Positions 36,719 through 49,724 of a stretch of DNA of 64,000 bases are shown piece by piece. The stretch is from Toensbergia leucococca (taxonomy: Eukaryota). Each line of letters opens with the position of its first letter. The stretch's first letter is position 1. The translations under genes and the position numbers were made by a program. The stretch spans positions 1-64,000 of the forward strand of contig JALDZS010000105.1 in assembly GCA_022813965.1 (NCBI GenBank). Reading direction: 5' to 3'. The notes beneath the pieces are model-generated. The model had not been told where the DNA came from. It saw nothing but the letters and a program-made list of their open reading frames with translations, and did no database searches.

Positions 36719-37391
36719 TGTCTTTGAAAGCTTCAGGGTTCTGAGGCGAATTGGGTGGTGGTTGGGTTGATGGTTGTGAGCTCCTGATTATGAGAGGGTG
36801 TTGTTTTGAAGGTGTGAACGCATCATGTGAAAAGAGTCTGCAAAGAGTTTCAATTGTGTGAAAGATCTAATGAATGACTTAAAAAAGGATACTTAAACGC
36901 CCTTGTCTTGGTTAGTAGGTAGTTACACATGTCTTTCACCTTGTTTAAATTGACTTTAATCTGACTCACATATTATTACACCCTTATTTCATAATCTGCA
37001 GTCAATTATAAATCTTGATTTGAGATTCACATTATTGTTCATAAGCTGTTCAATATGAGTAGATAGCCTCATTTTGAATATTTATAGTGTAAAGGAAGCT
37101 TAGATTGAAGTACTGAATCTCATCTGAATGTGTTCTGAATATTTCTTAGTAGCTTGTGTAAGAAGAAGATTAGCTTTGACTAATTTCTTCAGATACAAGA
37201 ATTATTCTGACTTGAAAACTATTTAGTTCTTCAGTACAGAGTACCAAGTGAGGAGATGAGATAGGAAATAGGTAGGGCAATGCCCCATCAAGCGAGCAAT
37301 AAAGCTTAGGAATTAGCCGAGACAAGATCTCCTCCTCGGTTCAATTAGGTAACCCTAAATACGGTACCGCCTCCCATAATAGACATACGAA

Positions 37392-38696
37392 ATGACCTCT
37401 TCCGAACGTGTGTATATAGCCGTGATAGGTAGGTAATCCTGTAGCTCCTTAATTGGAATTTCACTGTAAACGTCTTCCATTCCAAAGCATTCCAAATCCC
37501 AAACCACAAAGCCCCCAATCCCCAATCCCCAATCCTCCCAATATCAACGCTAAACTCTTCCAGGTGTCGGCGGAGTAGGCTCTCATTTCCTCTCCCAGCT
37601 CACCCATCTCACAACACAACACCCTTACCTCTCCCTCATCCTCATCTCCCGCAGCACCAAATGCCTCTTCGTGGAAGACTTCTCCCACAGCCTCAACCCA
37701 AAAACCTGGTCGCACGATCTCGCCGCCTCAACCCAGCCAGTGCTAGGCCTGCAAAGCATCCTGGAGTACCTGCTGAACGTGCCGGGCAAATGCATCCTTG
37801 TAGACAACACCAGCAATCAAGACGTCGCGAACTCATACCCAAGCTTCCTGCGCAAAGGAATCAGCATCGTGACACCGAACAAAAAGGCCTTTAGCGGTCC
37901 CTACTCGCTATGGCAAGACATCTTCTCCGCCGCACACACGGCTCCCAATCCCACGGGCGGGCTAATCTACCACGAATCGTCCGTCGGCGCAGGTTTACCC
38001 ATCATCTCGACCCTCAAAGACCTCGTCGAGACCGGCGACGAAATCCTAAAGATCGAGGGCGTCTTCTCCGGCACCATGAGTTTTCTCTTCAACAACTTCG
38101 CCCCCGTTGAAGGCCAGGGGGGCAAATGGAGCGAAGAGGTCCAAAAGGCCAAAGCAGCCGGGTACACGGAACCGGACCCAAGAGACGACCTCAACGGCGT
38201 CGACGTGGCCCGAAAACTCGTCATCCTCGCCCGGCTGGCCGGCTTGAAGATTGAGAGCACGGCGAGCTTCCCGGTGCAGAGCTTGATCCCCAAAGAGCTG
38301 GAGAGCGTCGAGTCTGGAGACGAATTCATGGCCCGGCTGGGCGAGTTTGATGGGAAGATGACGAGGGTGAAAACCGAGGCGGAGAGGGAGGGGAAGGTGG
38401 TTCGGTTTGTGGGGAGTATCGATGTCGAGGCGGGCAAGGTCAAGGTCGGGATGGAGAGATTCGAAAGGAGCCATCCGATTGCCGCGTTGAAGGGAAGTGA
38501 CAACATCATCAGCTTCTACACAAAGCGGTATGGGAACAATCCGTTGATTATACAGGGAGCCGGGTAAGAAAATTCATCCTTTTCAATTTCTTTCTTTTTG
38601 AGATTACATGCTAACCCTTTCAACAGAGCCGGTGGAGAGGTCACGGCAATGGGTGTTTCGGGAGATTTGATCAAAGTCATTCAACGTCTTTCGTAA
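37392..38696 (+). CDS. HOM6: Homoserine dehydrogenase
   Basis: MTSSERVYIAVIG / VGGVG (intron 37429-37563), LVDNTS, VTPNKKAFS, YHESSVGAGLPII, IEGVFSGT, GYTEPDPRDDLNGVDVARK, and QGAG/AGGEVTAMGV (intron about 38564-38626). Confidence 0.97.
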
Positions 38697-38949
38697 ATGC
38701 TCTTTCAACTGCTTGCGAATCGAATTCAAATTTCATATCACATCTGTCTCTTTCAATCATAACCACAGCATCTGCGTCTCAAGTCTGAAGATAAGCCTTT
38801 TACCGCCTCCAGGCTTTTTACTTTGTGATCACCCGCAAAGAACAGGACTTTGGACTGATAACCCAAAGGCCCGTCTCCCGGCATAACTTAGCATCTCACT
38901 CACACATTCCCCCCTTCATCCCCTCCCCCCTTCCCCCCTACTAAACCCC

Positions 38950-39800
38950 ACTCCAAAAAACCCCCCTCAAAAAACACACAACAGCTGAAATTCACTGATT
39001 ATCATCAACTCAACTACTAATCAGCTGATCTGAATTTTGTGTATGACAGAGTGAACAGAAAGCTCAACAACCCTCAGTCTGTGATCATATGTGACAGAAC
39101 ACTTCCTCTCAACCTCAGTATTGATCAGAAGTAATTATTCTCTGATTCTAATGAATAGCTATAGTGCCTACAAATATCTAATCAAACAAGATAATAACAG
39201 AGAAATGATCAACATATCAAAAAAAAGAAAAAAAGGTATCAAAAATACAAAGACTCTTTCTTCAAAACAACACATCAGTCATTTTTCTAAACTAGATAAT
39301 CAAGTTAAATATACTATTTCCCTCACAAGCATCAATTTACTCAATAACAACCTACAAAATCCGCCCTCTATCAAGTCACAAAAAGATAAACTATATCACT
39401 AAACAGTAAAACATGATATCATGAACAATAAATTTTACAGACAGATAAGAAACATTTTACAACAAAAGCCCTACTCACAACACCTTCTTGATGAAATGAC
39501 TTTAACTAAACTCTGACATGAGAGCCTGAAGAATCAGTGTCAGGGTTGAATTTTAATCATGTCACTTTGACACTCATGATTGAGACATGAAAATAGTAAA
39601 CATAGCAAGGTCAAGATGACTTCAATGCAGTAAGTGTCTTGAATAAGAGGGATGACTGTCTAATCCGCATGACATTTAGGATCAGATCACGCTTTCTCAA
39701 TCTTGTTGACACAGACCTGAGCTGCACTCATCTTTGGGCAACGCCTTCTCACTAGATAGACACTTCTCTGATGAGCCCTCAATCACACTCACACCCAGAT
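38950..39800. repeat. AT-rich, CpG-depleted island, possibly a mutated repeat remnant
   Basis: Very few CG dinucleotides; excess TGA/TCA/ACA; A-rich plus strand; no credible ORF. Confidence 0.6.
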
Positions 39801-39849
39801 CTTTCAAGTCTTAGCGGAACACGGCAGTCCTGTTCCTCTGTGCGCTAGA

Positions 39850-40829
39850 TCAATCCTGATATGTCGCTAGATATAGCTGCGCGGCAGTGATGGCTACAGG
39901 CAGCCATACCGTCAGATCGATCGACAAAGTTCCCTGTGGTACCGGGTTGAATCCGACGCTGTTGCAATTTTGGCAGTCATCGGTGCCATTAGGGAGGACA
40001 ACGTTATTACTATGCTGATCAGCCCTTGCCGATGAAAGAGCACTCGACATTCAGCTCACAACTTCGGCCCATTGACGGCATCAACAGCGGAAGCACCACC
40101 TTCGGCTTGAATCAATATCCGATCTGCGAACACGCTCGTTCTGTTATCCATGGCTACCAGCGTTGCCACGACGCCCCTCTGAGTGTTGCTTGGTAGTGGG
40201 AAGACATGGCGAGCGTAGTAGGCCGGATTGACGCCGAATTTGGATTGTTGGATCAACTGAAAATTAACGTTGCCTACGCAGTAGGCGGTTTTCCTTCTCC
40301 CATGGTATGAGATATAAGGTGTCGGTGACATCAATGCGTCCACCTCTTCCTCGACAATACAGATTTCATCTAGTTGACAAGCACCCATGTTTCTATGGTA
40401 CAAGGCGAACGGCACCCGGTCCAGGGGCGGTATGCAATACAACGCGAAAGCTTGTGCGTTTTCATGCGGGACGCATTCGGAGAACCAGAAATCTTCTCCA
40501 TCAGAACAGACATTTTGGGCGCGAGATGTTGTCCGCTTGTGCTTCTTCGAAGTGCTTGAGAAATGGAGAATAGGAATATTGGGGGTCACGTCGAGGCCGT
40601 CTGAGGAGCGTATAGCAATGTTGAGGATTTCGTGAACGTGTCTGGCGAGGTGATTAGTGGATAGAATCTATCCTACATAGAGAAAGCAATTAGCTTTGCA
40701 GGGTACAGACAAAGAAGCGCTTTGCCGGGTCAAGTCTCTGTCTTTCCTCGACAGTCTTTGGAAAAAGGGAATCGCAAGACCGCTTGATATAATGACCAAG
40801 GCTAGAAAAAGAAGGCAGTGACAGTGCAT
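39850..40829 (-). CDS. Secreted Kex2-processed 8-Cys protein, FOLD-effector-like; paralog A
   Basis: Signal peptide MHCHCLLFLALVIISSGLAIP. First intron boundaries ambiguous (about 40642-40752). Prodomain ends KHKR. Mature region C..SEC..QAFALYC..GACQLDEIC..AYC. Second intron (GTGAGC near 40059) leads to NNVVLPNGTDDCQNCNSVG..AQLYLATYQD*. Confidence 0.8.
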
Positions 40830-41089
40830 CTCGCTCAACAACTTTCCCAAGGATGAAGGTTGTTCTCCAGAGAGCTTTGACCTCATCATTGCCGACCCAA
40901 GCTGAAACACATTGAGCTTGGTGTGCCATTGGGTCTGAGGATGAAACAATAGAATGTTTGGAATATCATGCGCGGCTCGGTGCATGTTCACCAACGGCAT
41001 CGAAATATTAGAGCTTGTTTGAACTGCTCAGGTAAAATTGTGATTTCGTGTTGTGTCAACATGTCCTTTTCTGCTGTCGTCAAAGAAAT

Positions 41090-42097
41090 TCAGATGGAAT
41101 CTAGAAATCTTTCCGCTTGTTTTTCCTCCCTCTTCTCCTTGATGACCCTCCTCCTCTCTTCAGTCTCCTTTTTCTTCTTCTCTTTCCTCTCAACTCTCTC
41201 CAGCCTACCCCGCTCCGTCTCTCTTCTCTCCCTCCCCAAAGCCTCCATTTCCTTGCGTCTCCCCTCTTTATCTTTGGAAAAGGCATAGAAACCAACCCCT
41301 TTGGTCCTCACCTCTTTACTAGCATCATAGTGTACCTCATCCGGCGGCGTCATACTTCTATCCCTCTTCCGGACTATCTCTTCCATTTGCGCAGCTACCG
41401 GCTCGTCTGGATTGAATGCCGCTGTTTGTACAGTATCACCGTATATTAACTGGGATGGTGCGGCAGGCCGTGCAGAGTATTGATTGAGTTCTTCTATCGC
41501 GTGAGCTTGAGCATTACGTCTTCGCTCTTCACGAGCAAGATCGGTACGGGTCCCACGACGCTGACGGCCAAATTCGTCCTGGTAATCTACTACCTCCTCG
41601 TCTGCACTAGCTTGATCTTCGGAATCCGACGAGGTATCGTAAGCTGTAGGTCTGCCGGCTGCTTCGTCCTCGGCCCACTTTCGATCAAAGTCGACCAGTG
41701 CTCGCTCGCTATTGTTCTCCTGACCGGCAGGAGCGATGTAGTCGCCGCGTTTCATGGCAGCGTAGAGACGAGCCTTTTCTTCCAATTTTCGCTTGGATCG
41801 GTGTAGAGTTGTGGAATCAACAGTACCGATATCTTTTTGATGAATTTGTGTCAGGCTATCGTCGGAGATGTCTGCGGCAGCTCGTTTCTTTGCGTTTCTG
41901 TTGTGTGCAGTGAAAATGTCTGACTTGAGTTTGGAAGGACGCTGTCTACCGGTAGATGGTTTGGATGTTGACGAAGACTGAGCAAGTAGGGAGGACAGGT
42001 GTGAAGTAAAGGCCATGGTTGTGGAAGAGGATATTTCTTTGGATGGGGGTGGTTTCTTGGCACGGGGGACAGCATAGAGAGAGGCATTGGAAGCCAT
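41090..42097 (-). CDS. CCDC174-like (DUF4078) coiled-coil protein
   Basis: LEEKARLYAAMKRGD, LVDFDRKW, YQDEFGRQR and HYDASKEVRTKGVGFYAFSKD motifs, followed by a charged coiled-coil tail. Confidence 0.88.
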   Translation of the reverse strand: MASNASLYAVPRAKKPPPSKEISSSTTMAFTSHLSSLLAQSSSTSKPSTGRQRPSKLKSDIFTAHNRNAKKRAAADISDDSLTQIHQKDIGTVDSTTLHRSKRKLEEKARLYAAMKRGDYIAPAGQENNSERALVDFDRKWAEDEAAGRPTAYDTSSDSEDQASADEEVVDYQDEFGRQRRGTRTDLAREERRRNAQAHAIEELNQYSARPAAPSQLIYGDTVQTAAFNPDEPVAAQMEEIVRKRDRSMTPPDEVHYDASKEVRTKGVGFYAFSKDKEGRRKEMEALGRERRETERGRLERVERKEKKKKETEERRRVIKEKREEKQAERFLDSI

Positions 42098-42912
42098 ATT
42101 GTGCTTGATGTATGAAGTTGTGGCTCTCACAATGTTTGAGAGGCTTTCCGATGCGGATGCCGACGAGGTAAGAGGTAAAAATTGAGGAAGAAAGTATCAA
42201 GTATCGAATACTCAGTATCCGTAAGGTACATAAAATACTCACGATACTCTACTCTAGTCAAACACAGCAAACAATGACGTAGTAAGGCTTCTTGAAGCAT
42301 CAGCACTCGCCAGCACCAGAAGTAAGTACAAGTACCTCATGACTCTCCCTCTCTGTCACTACCTCTACCTCTACTCGTATAATTTGATGATACTACCTTA
42401 ACTGGTCATCTCACGCTCGGATGAGCTGTCCAAGCCTTGAGCAGATCCCGAGCTGAGACTCTTCGATAATGCATTTTACATTATACTGTTTCTGTTCAAG
42501 AGTCCTATCGCCTCAAGCTTTCAAGCTTTCAGGCTCTCTTGCGCCGTCTTTGCTGTTGCTCTATTGGCCTTTTCATCATCTGAAGGCTTGTATACAGCTC
42601 AAGTAGCTTTGCTGACTTTCTCATCTATTCTATTCGTATTGGAATTCTCATCACTTGTGAAATCATGCATGGCTATCAAATCAAAATCAACTAAGGTATA
42701 TACATTGTTGTCTCTCGAGCCTGATTTGCCCTCCTGTCGCCTTTCAACTTCAGAGTTATGGAAATCACGTCAGGTAGGCTACAGTGTTTCGTTCAGTTCC
42801 ACCCTATAATGATGCAATCATGTCTTGTTGTCATCTTTCAGTCCTTTCAGTCCAATTTTTCCTTTTTCCTCTCTGCATCTCTACCATCTCTACCATCTCG
42901 TCCAGCAACAGC

Positions 42913-43830
42913 ATGTTCTTGTTTCTACTTTTTGGCTTTTGCTGTCTAGCAGTAGTATGGTCCTCTGCAACAACGAATCTTAACTTACGAGACTCGTAAG
43001 ATCTAGATTTGCGGCTATGGTGCGATTTACCCCTGCTTATGATTCTACATAGTTCTTCTGAGCTCGCCAATGACTTGGTCGAAACCAATGTCACCTTAAT
43101 GCACTATCACCACCCAACAACCAACTCGAAGCGCGATACAAGCCGCATCCTAGACACATGCCCAGGACTCGACATGTCCAACGGAGAATATTTTTTCCAA
43201 AGGTCCTTTTGTCTGCGTGCTCACCCAAACTACCCCCCAATGGCGGGCCCTGGCGCATTCGGGCCAACCACCGCCCCTCAAGCATATCAAATCCAATGCA
43301 AACGGAACGCGAGGCCTTTTCCCCCAGATCCAGCGTATACCACGGAGCAACACAAATATATATTCGATTCCTGCCTTCCCCACGAGATCTGCGTCCAGGC
43401 TTGGACCTACTCGGCAATGTTTCTCTTTCGTCAGACCCCGCTGTATTCCGCCGCCCGATGCATCAGCACGGACAACTACCGCAAAATCGCAGATACATTG
43501 CTAGGCAAAATGTCGGGTCGCGTTCAGATTCCTGAAAACCCTTCCTCCTCCGGCCAGCAAGTCCTTGCCGATGCCATAATGACTGGTCCAACCTTGAACA
43601 CATCGGCGCAAGCACAGTCAATGACTATGAGTGCGTTGCGCCAGCTCTCGAGTATTAACTACATCCCCCAATCCGGACAGATACCGGGTCAGGTCTGGAA
43701 CTGTCAAGACTGCTTCAACATCGGGCCTATACAGTTACCCATGGCAATGAATGCCCTGGCTGCCTCTGCAACACTGGCAGCTGGAACCGCGGGGACATTA
43801 TTCCTGACGACTTTTCTTCCGGGGCAGTAA
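42913..43830 (+). CDS. Secreted Kex2-processed 8-Cys protein, FOLD-effector-like; paralog B
   Basis: Signal peptide MFLFLLFGFCCLAVVWSSA. Intron 42996-43052 (GTAAGA..TAG, phase 2) joins the 43009 ORF. Prodomain ends NSKR. Mature region DTC..RSFC..QAYQIQC..DSCLPHEICVQ..ARC..NCQDCFNIG..GTLFLTTF. Confidence 0.85.
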
Positions 43831-44149
43831 GAATGCTCATGAAGTATATACACTCTCTCTCCATTGATTGGGCTCCATCGATGCCCCCGTAGATCTGGAA
43901 GTGGTTTCGCACTGGAGCTTGAGGCAGACGTCTCAGATCTAGATTTACACCAAGTTATCCAAGGCTGGATTGTAGTAGGCGAAGAAGACATCTCCATCCG
44001 TTGCAAGACTGGAGGGGTGTCATCAAAGCGTCCATTCACCTCATACATAAGCACACGGTAGAGGACGTGGCATCGGAAGCCCATGGCGGAATGCTTGCTA
44101 TTCAACGAAATGATCTACTATTTCACCAACCGCATATAATATGCCATAC

Positions 44150-44880
44150 AAAGAATCACAGTCAGTACCCACCCTGTGCAGTACCTATTCAGTTCTCTAC
44201 AACCTCAAGCAAAAAACCCACTTCCTTACACCCCCTCCCTTACCACCACGCCAGAATATATCTATGCAATCAAATTCACAGTGTTATCTGCCCCCGCCCC
44301 CCCATCTTCCCCCCTTGGCCCCTCCTAAACTCAAACCCATCAATCCACCTACCGCCCTCTCTCCAACCCATCCATCACATCGATGCACATCCAAACAAAT
44401 CCACCCACCCCCGACTTAAATAAAAACAAAATAAAAGACAAAAAAACAAAACCTAAATCCATTCCCCCCAAAAAACCAAAGACCTAAAAAAAAAAAGAAA
44501 TAGAAAAAGAAATTGATAACGCAAAAAAGTCAAAAACATACCCCCCCCCCCCCCCAGCCAGAGAGAAAAAAAGAGAAAACAAAAACAAGAGGTGACAACT
44601 CCCTCCTCACCCCTCTAGCCCCGCCCCCTTACCACCCCACACCTCAGCCCTCTGCAATAGTCACAAGGTGGTGACAGAGATGATAACAACTTGAATAGAG
44701 ATGGATAAGAGAGAGAGAGGGTGCGTAGGTAGGGCCTCGCTGTAGCAGAAAGTGGGGTGGTGGAAGGGGGGGGTGAGGTGAGCAGAAGGGCATAAATGGA
44801 GACAAACTACAACACAAAATTGGTAGAAAAAAACAATCTTGTAGAATAGAGCCTGGTAGCACCCCGCCTCAAAATCTACC
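44150..44880. repeat. Low-complexity C/A-rich island with homopolymer runs
   Basis: Poly-C and poly-A runs (e.g. the C run at 44541-44555), few CpG; lies between convergent 3' ends. Confidence 0.65.
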
Positions 44881-45401
44881 CATGCCTCAGGGTTCCAGAC
44901 ATCAACGATGGAAGAAAAGATGGCAATGGCAATGAATCATTTCCGGAGGTTTGATGAAAATTCACAATGCGTTAATTCTGTTAAGGGGGGGGGATATAAT
45001 ATGTGTAAATCTACTCTAATTCAAGCAACGTTAGAATCTGGTGCCCTTCTTCTACAAAAACCGCAAATAATGCAGCCGATCATTCATCTCACTCGCACTA
45101 GGTCCAATGCAAGTGGCCCAAGATAGATCACCGTCTCTTGCTCAGCAGCGCCGTCGGCAGAAGGAATCAAGCAGCGACATCTGCCGGCATGAGCGTTGTG
45201 ATGCGTGTGACCATGACCAAGATCTTGACGGTGATCATGGATTGGATTGGGTGAAGCACGTGGGATATCGGGTATGCAGTAGTTGTTGTGCATCAGCCGA
45301 AAAGCTTGATCATGCACTTCTGCCGATGCGAGAAATCTTCGCGCAAAAGCCGGAAATGGCATCGATGATCCATCCCGAGTGTGCTTGCAAACTGGAATCT
45401 T

Positions 45402-46884
45402 CTAAGCAGCCTTCGCCTGCATCCTCGACGGTGGCACACCTAGCCCGTTTCGGTTCCTATAGAATAGTATATCTTTTCCTGCTCCCTCGGCGCCCTCACT
45501 CGGTTCTACCCACTGGCAATATCGCGTACTACTCCACATGCTCTTCAAAAATCCTACAGGGCCATCCTTGACGTCGGAGCGGTAGTGTTGGCCCATGATG
45601 GGTTTGATGGCTTCAGTCGCTTCGTCGGCATGGTAGAAGGGTATGGTAGAGACGTAGTGATGAAGGACGTGAGTTTCGATAATGCCATGGAGTAGGGAAC
45701 GCCCAATGAAGCCGAACTCGCGGTCAATTGTTGTGGCGGCACCGCGGGTGAAGGTCCAGGTTTCAGGGCCGTAATGGGGTAGGGTAGGGTCGGTGTGTTG
45801 GAGGAACGTAATGGCGACTAAGGTTGTTAGTAATATCGAAGATTTAGTTTCAGAGTTGAAGGATGAATTTACCAAGCCAGTTGTTGACCCAGAGGTATGG
45901 CAGGAAGTACCATACCAATAGGTTTTGCGCTCCAAATTTCTGTCCAATAAAATACAATACACTTCCCGTAATTGCCAGTCCAATGTCGCTCAGGACTATC
46001 AAATTTGCATCCTTTGCTTCAAACAATGGGCTGTTGGGGTTGAAATGATTCACACCTCCGCCAAGTCCATTCTTTTTTCCAACACCTCGGCCTTCGATCT
46101 GGCGCTCATGGTGACCATGCCCAGTTTTGTTTATTAAGAGATAAAAAGGCCATCCAACAATCTGTCGTCCGATGATGTATATGAGAGTAGCAATTGGAGT
46201 CTCCTCGGTCAAATCGACTACCTCATGCACCATTTTACCAAGCCTGCTGGCGTATATATCCCGAGTCTTGGGAAGGAAAACCATATCTCTTTCCATATGA
46301 CCAGTGCTTTTATGATGTTTGCCGTGGGAGATCTTCCAAGAGAAATAGGGAACCAATAATGCTGAATGAAGAACCCAGCCGGTGGCGTCGTTGATTGTTT
46401 TCGAAGGAGAGAATGACTGATGGCCGCACTCATGGGCTATGACCCAGAGGCCAGTGCCAAAAAAGCCCTGTAAGACGGTGTAGAGGCCCCAAAGAGCAAA
46501 GCGGAGAGGGTAGGATGGGATTATGGTTGGTGTCACATAATTGCGGAAAGTATAGAAGGTAGTTGCCAGCAAAGCCAGATCTCTTAGTACGTAGCTATAA
46601 CCACGCAAGGCGGACCTCTCAAAGCAATGAGGTGGAATAGCATCTCGGATTTGCTTAATTGTGAAATTGGGAACTTGGAATTGATCACCGTATGTGTCTA
46701 GGAGGGTGCCGTACGGAGAGGTTTCTTTTTGAGGGAGCGATACAGTATCTTCATCGAGAGACGAGACGGAGCTTGCAAGCGATGCTTGGTCTGTGGGGGA
46801 GGCTGAAGAAGAGGTGGAGGAGGATTTTGAGAAGGTGGAGTCTATGGCAGTGGGTTGAGATGGGAGAAAGGCAGTGGCTGCCAT
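45402..46884 (-). CDS. Delta-12 (oleate) fatty-acid desaturase, OdeA/FAD2-type
   Basis: Three His boxes HECGH, HGKHH and HVLHH; IRDAIPPHCFERS; ITFLQHTDP. Intron 45818-45872. Confidence 0.95.
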
Positions 46885-49724
46885 TGTTAGTGTCCTATGA
46901 AGTTCAAATGGTGGTGCGATCAAGGTCAATGAAGGTGGAGGCAACAGCGATTGTACTTAAGGAGAGCGGTGAAACAGGTGGATTACGGTGAAATGTAACA
47001 TTCCTCGATTTGAGCTCGGCGTCTTGTGCTTAGGTTTTATATTCTAGCGTGACAGCATGGCAAAGAGGAAAGAAGAAACTTCATGTGAAGTGCACGCCTT
47101 CAGTAAGCTGAAGATGTTGGGGACGATATGTTGAGTTGAGGGCGATAGATCAGCCAACGAAAATACGCCGAGGCTATTAATATTGTTGAGACGACATTGC
47201 GGGCCGCATCTTTCTCCATATTTAGGTGGAGGGAGTGTTATTCTATTTGGTGCCTGCCGCACATCGGCCACGATTACCTGTTCTCACTAAGGTACCATCA
47301 CCGGCCTCAATCATCATCATACTAGGAGCTAGAGAATATTCCGTATCGACATTTCACTATGGATCCCAGCTATGAATCATCCATTTACGACGTTTGGAAG
47401 CACCCAATAGAATACTTGACAAACAAAGCGGAATTGCGGAGAGTCAGATAGAAAGCCATGTAGTCGATGAAATCTCTAATGAGCAGATTCATGATATGTT
47501 TTCATTCGTAATCTCTGGGGAATGAAAGCCGAGGGTCAAAGCTTGCATTTCACCAAAATTATCATCTCTCTAATCATCAAAGCAACTTTGGAAGACACAT
47601 CTAATTTACTTGAAAGACTCGTAAAGGAGGAATAGAGGGTGTCTTCCTGACTCTAGATTTTCTAGTGCTCAGATGTGCTAAGATACTGTTTCGGACAATG
47701 GACTAGCGAGCTGGCTGGATCTGGACAGCTCGTTGAAGTATGAGCTGTTGATTTGACGATAGAGGTGCTACAATAATGCATCTTCTTGATAACGAGTCGA
47801 GATTTGTCTCATTGGAAAGTTGGGTGCCTTGATTATCTTTCGCTGTGATTCCGAGGTATTACAGCCTTCAGAATTTTCTTTGAGAAGTTCACCCAACCCC
47901 CAAATCAAAGCAGATGTGAAAGATGTTGTCCCGGGAGCTGGTGTGATGGAAATGACACCATTTATTGCTAAGAATTCTGAGCATTGAGACGACCAGTGAG
48001 ACGATTCAGTGAGACCACGTGCTAGATTACCCGCAGAGCAAAATTTTAGCATAAATAAGGCTTCGGCCTCAGTATTGTCAAAGATTCCCCCTGCAGTGTA
48101 CCAAGCTGCGTCGTTTGTAAGGTGTAGAGAGTAATGAAAGCCGACGAAACAAATCTGCAGTCTTGATCAGACTGAGACCATCAGACAGTATGAAGTCCGA
48201 TGTGGCCATCTCCCCGTAAAGCATCTGCCAATTATAGCTATGTGTAGTCACATTGAACGTGTCTACCAGCCAACGAATTGAGATCTGAATTTCATTGCGA
48301 TAAACTTTTGAACATTTTTCTTGCTGATTGCATTTTTATCCTCAGCTTTTGCTTTCTTTCCCTATCTTTTCATTGATGCTAGTCAGGTAGGACACAGAAT
48401 CTTGAGCATCGGCAATCCTCAAGTCATACACAGTAGAACACCGCAAACAAAACAGAACAAGAAGGCATTGAAGGCTGACTTTATTTTCATCGCCTTTTTT
48501 GAGGTTTGTTGATTGCACAACAAACTTCGCATCTCAAAGAGTCTGAGGATAAGTTGATAGGCCAGTATGTCCTCGCCCACGAGTTTCTTCCCCAGACAAA
48601 GAGGTTTAGAATTCCGCTTCTATTGGATAGTGCAAGATCCACCATCAATGACTGCCAAGCCACTCTGATAAGTTAAAGATGATGTTCAAGCTCTCTGTTC
48701 CCACGGCGACCTAGATGGCCCAAGATTGCTGCAACCAAGGGCTTTGAAGATAATCGGCATGGCCAAGTTGTTGTCGTCGCAAACATTGCCAATGCACAAG
48801 TTGGTACAGTACTTTCATCCTAGTCACAGAACTCATATCTCGGAGTATCAGTCTTGAGCTATCCAGCCCTACTACTGGATGGAGTGTCATGTTGAGATTT
48901 CCGTAGGCTGGCTAAGTCAAGATCTCGCAGAAGCCCCTGTGTTTCTTTCCTCTTCGTTTCTTCTATTTGATCAGTGAGTTGAAGAGCTCACATAATAGTG
49001 TACAATACTGTTGTGAAAAGTAGGAACAGGCCTGCTGAAACATGATTGATGGACTCTGGTCAGAGTCACCCGTTCATCGTTCAACACCAACAAAGTTTCC
49101 GTTGCATCTCATCACCGCTGTCCCGTGGGGCGCTGAATCATAACCACCGTCAACTAGTTTAGTTGGCTTCGGGCTTAGCAACTGTTGCCTGGGATCTGAA
49201 TCCTTTTCATTGCCGTGGCTGGCGTTACACAGCTTTGTGTAAACATTATTTCACTACTGCTTACAACTTGATCTGCCATGTCTGAGGCATACCTATCTTG
49301 TTATCTTGATTAATGACACGTGCAATTTCAACTAGACGTTATTGGCAGTCAAGTCACTTGCAATCTTGCCTGAGCTGCTTTTTTCTGTGACATCTTGGTC
49401 TTACCCTAAAATTTCAATATTCCCCTTTCCTTCAAGCTGAGGAAGCGAGGGTGCCGAGATCCATTCTTCGTCAGCTATCACTCGTGCGTCAGCTTGCTTA
49501 TCATTCAGCCGCTTCTTATCCCCATGCCGAGTTTTCACACAGCGGAGACAGCCTAGCTCTGGCATTGCTTCGATTTTCTTTGTCTGAAGGTAGCATTTCA
49601 AGATAGGTCTACAACTCTTCAAGAGAGTGACTTTGTCGTTCTCGCTCATGCCAAGAAGCCCAGACTATCTTGATTGCTGAGCAGCATTATTCCTCCGCAC
49701 ATATTCATCGCTTACACAACAATA

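Noticed and set aside
37429..37563. Possible stwintron in HOM6 intron 1 (GTAGGTAATC double donor)
   Set aside because: No internal branch point and acceptor that would regenerate a donor. The extra length is explained by CCCCAAT-like repeats.
47700..49200. Possible decayed gene(s) between the desaturase and the amidohydrolase
   Set aside because: Only sub-100-aa ORFs with no identifiable family.
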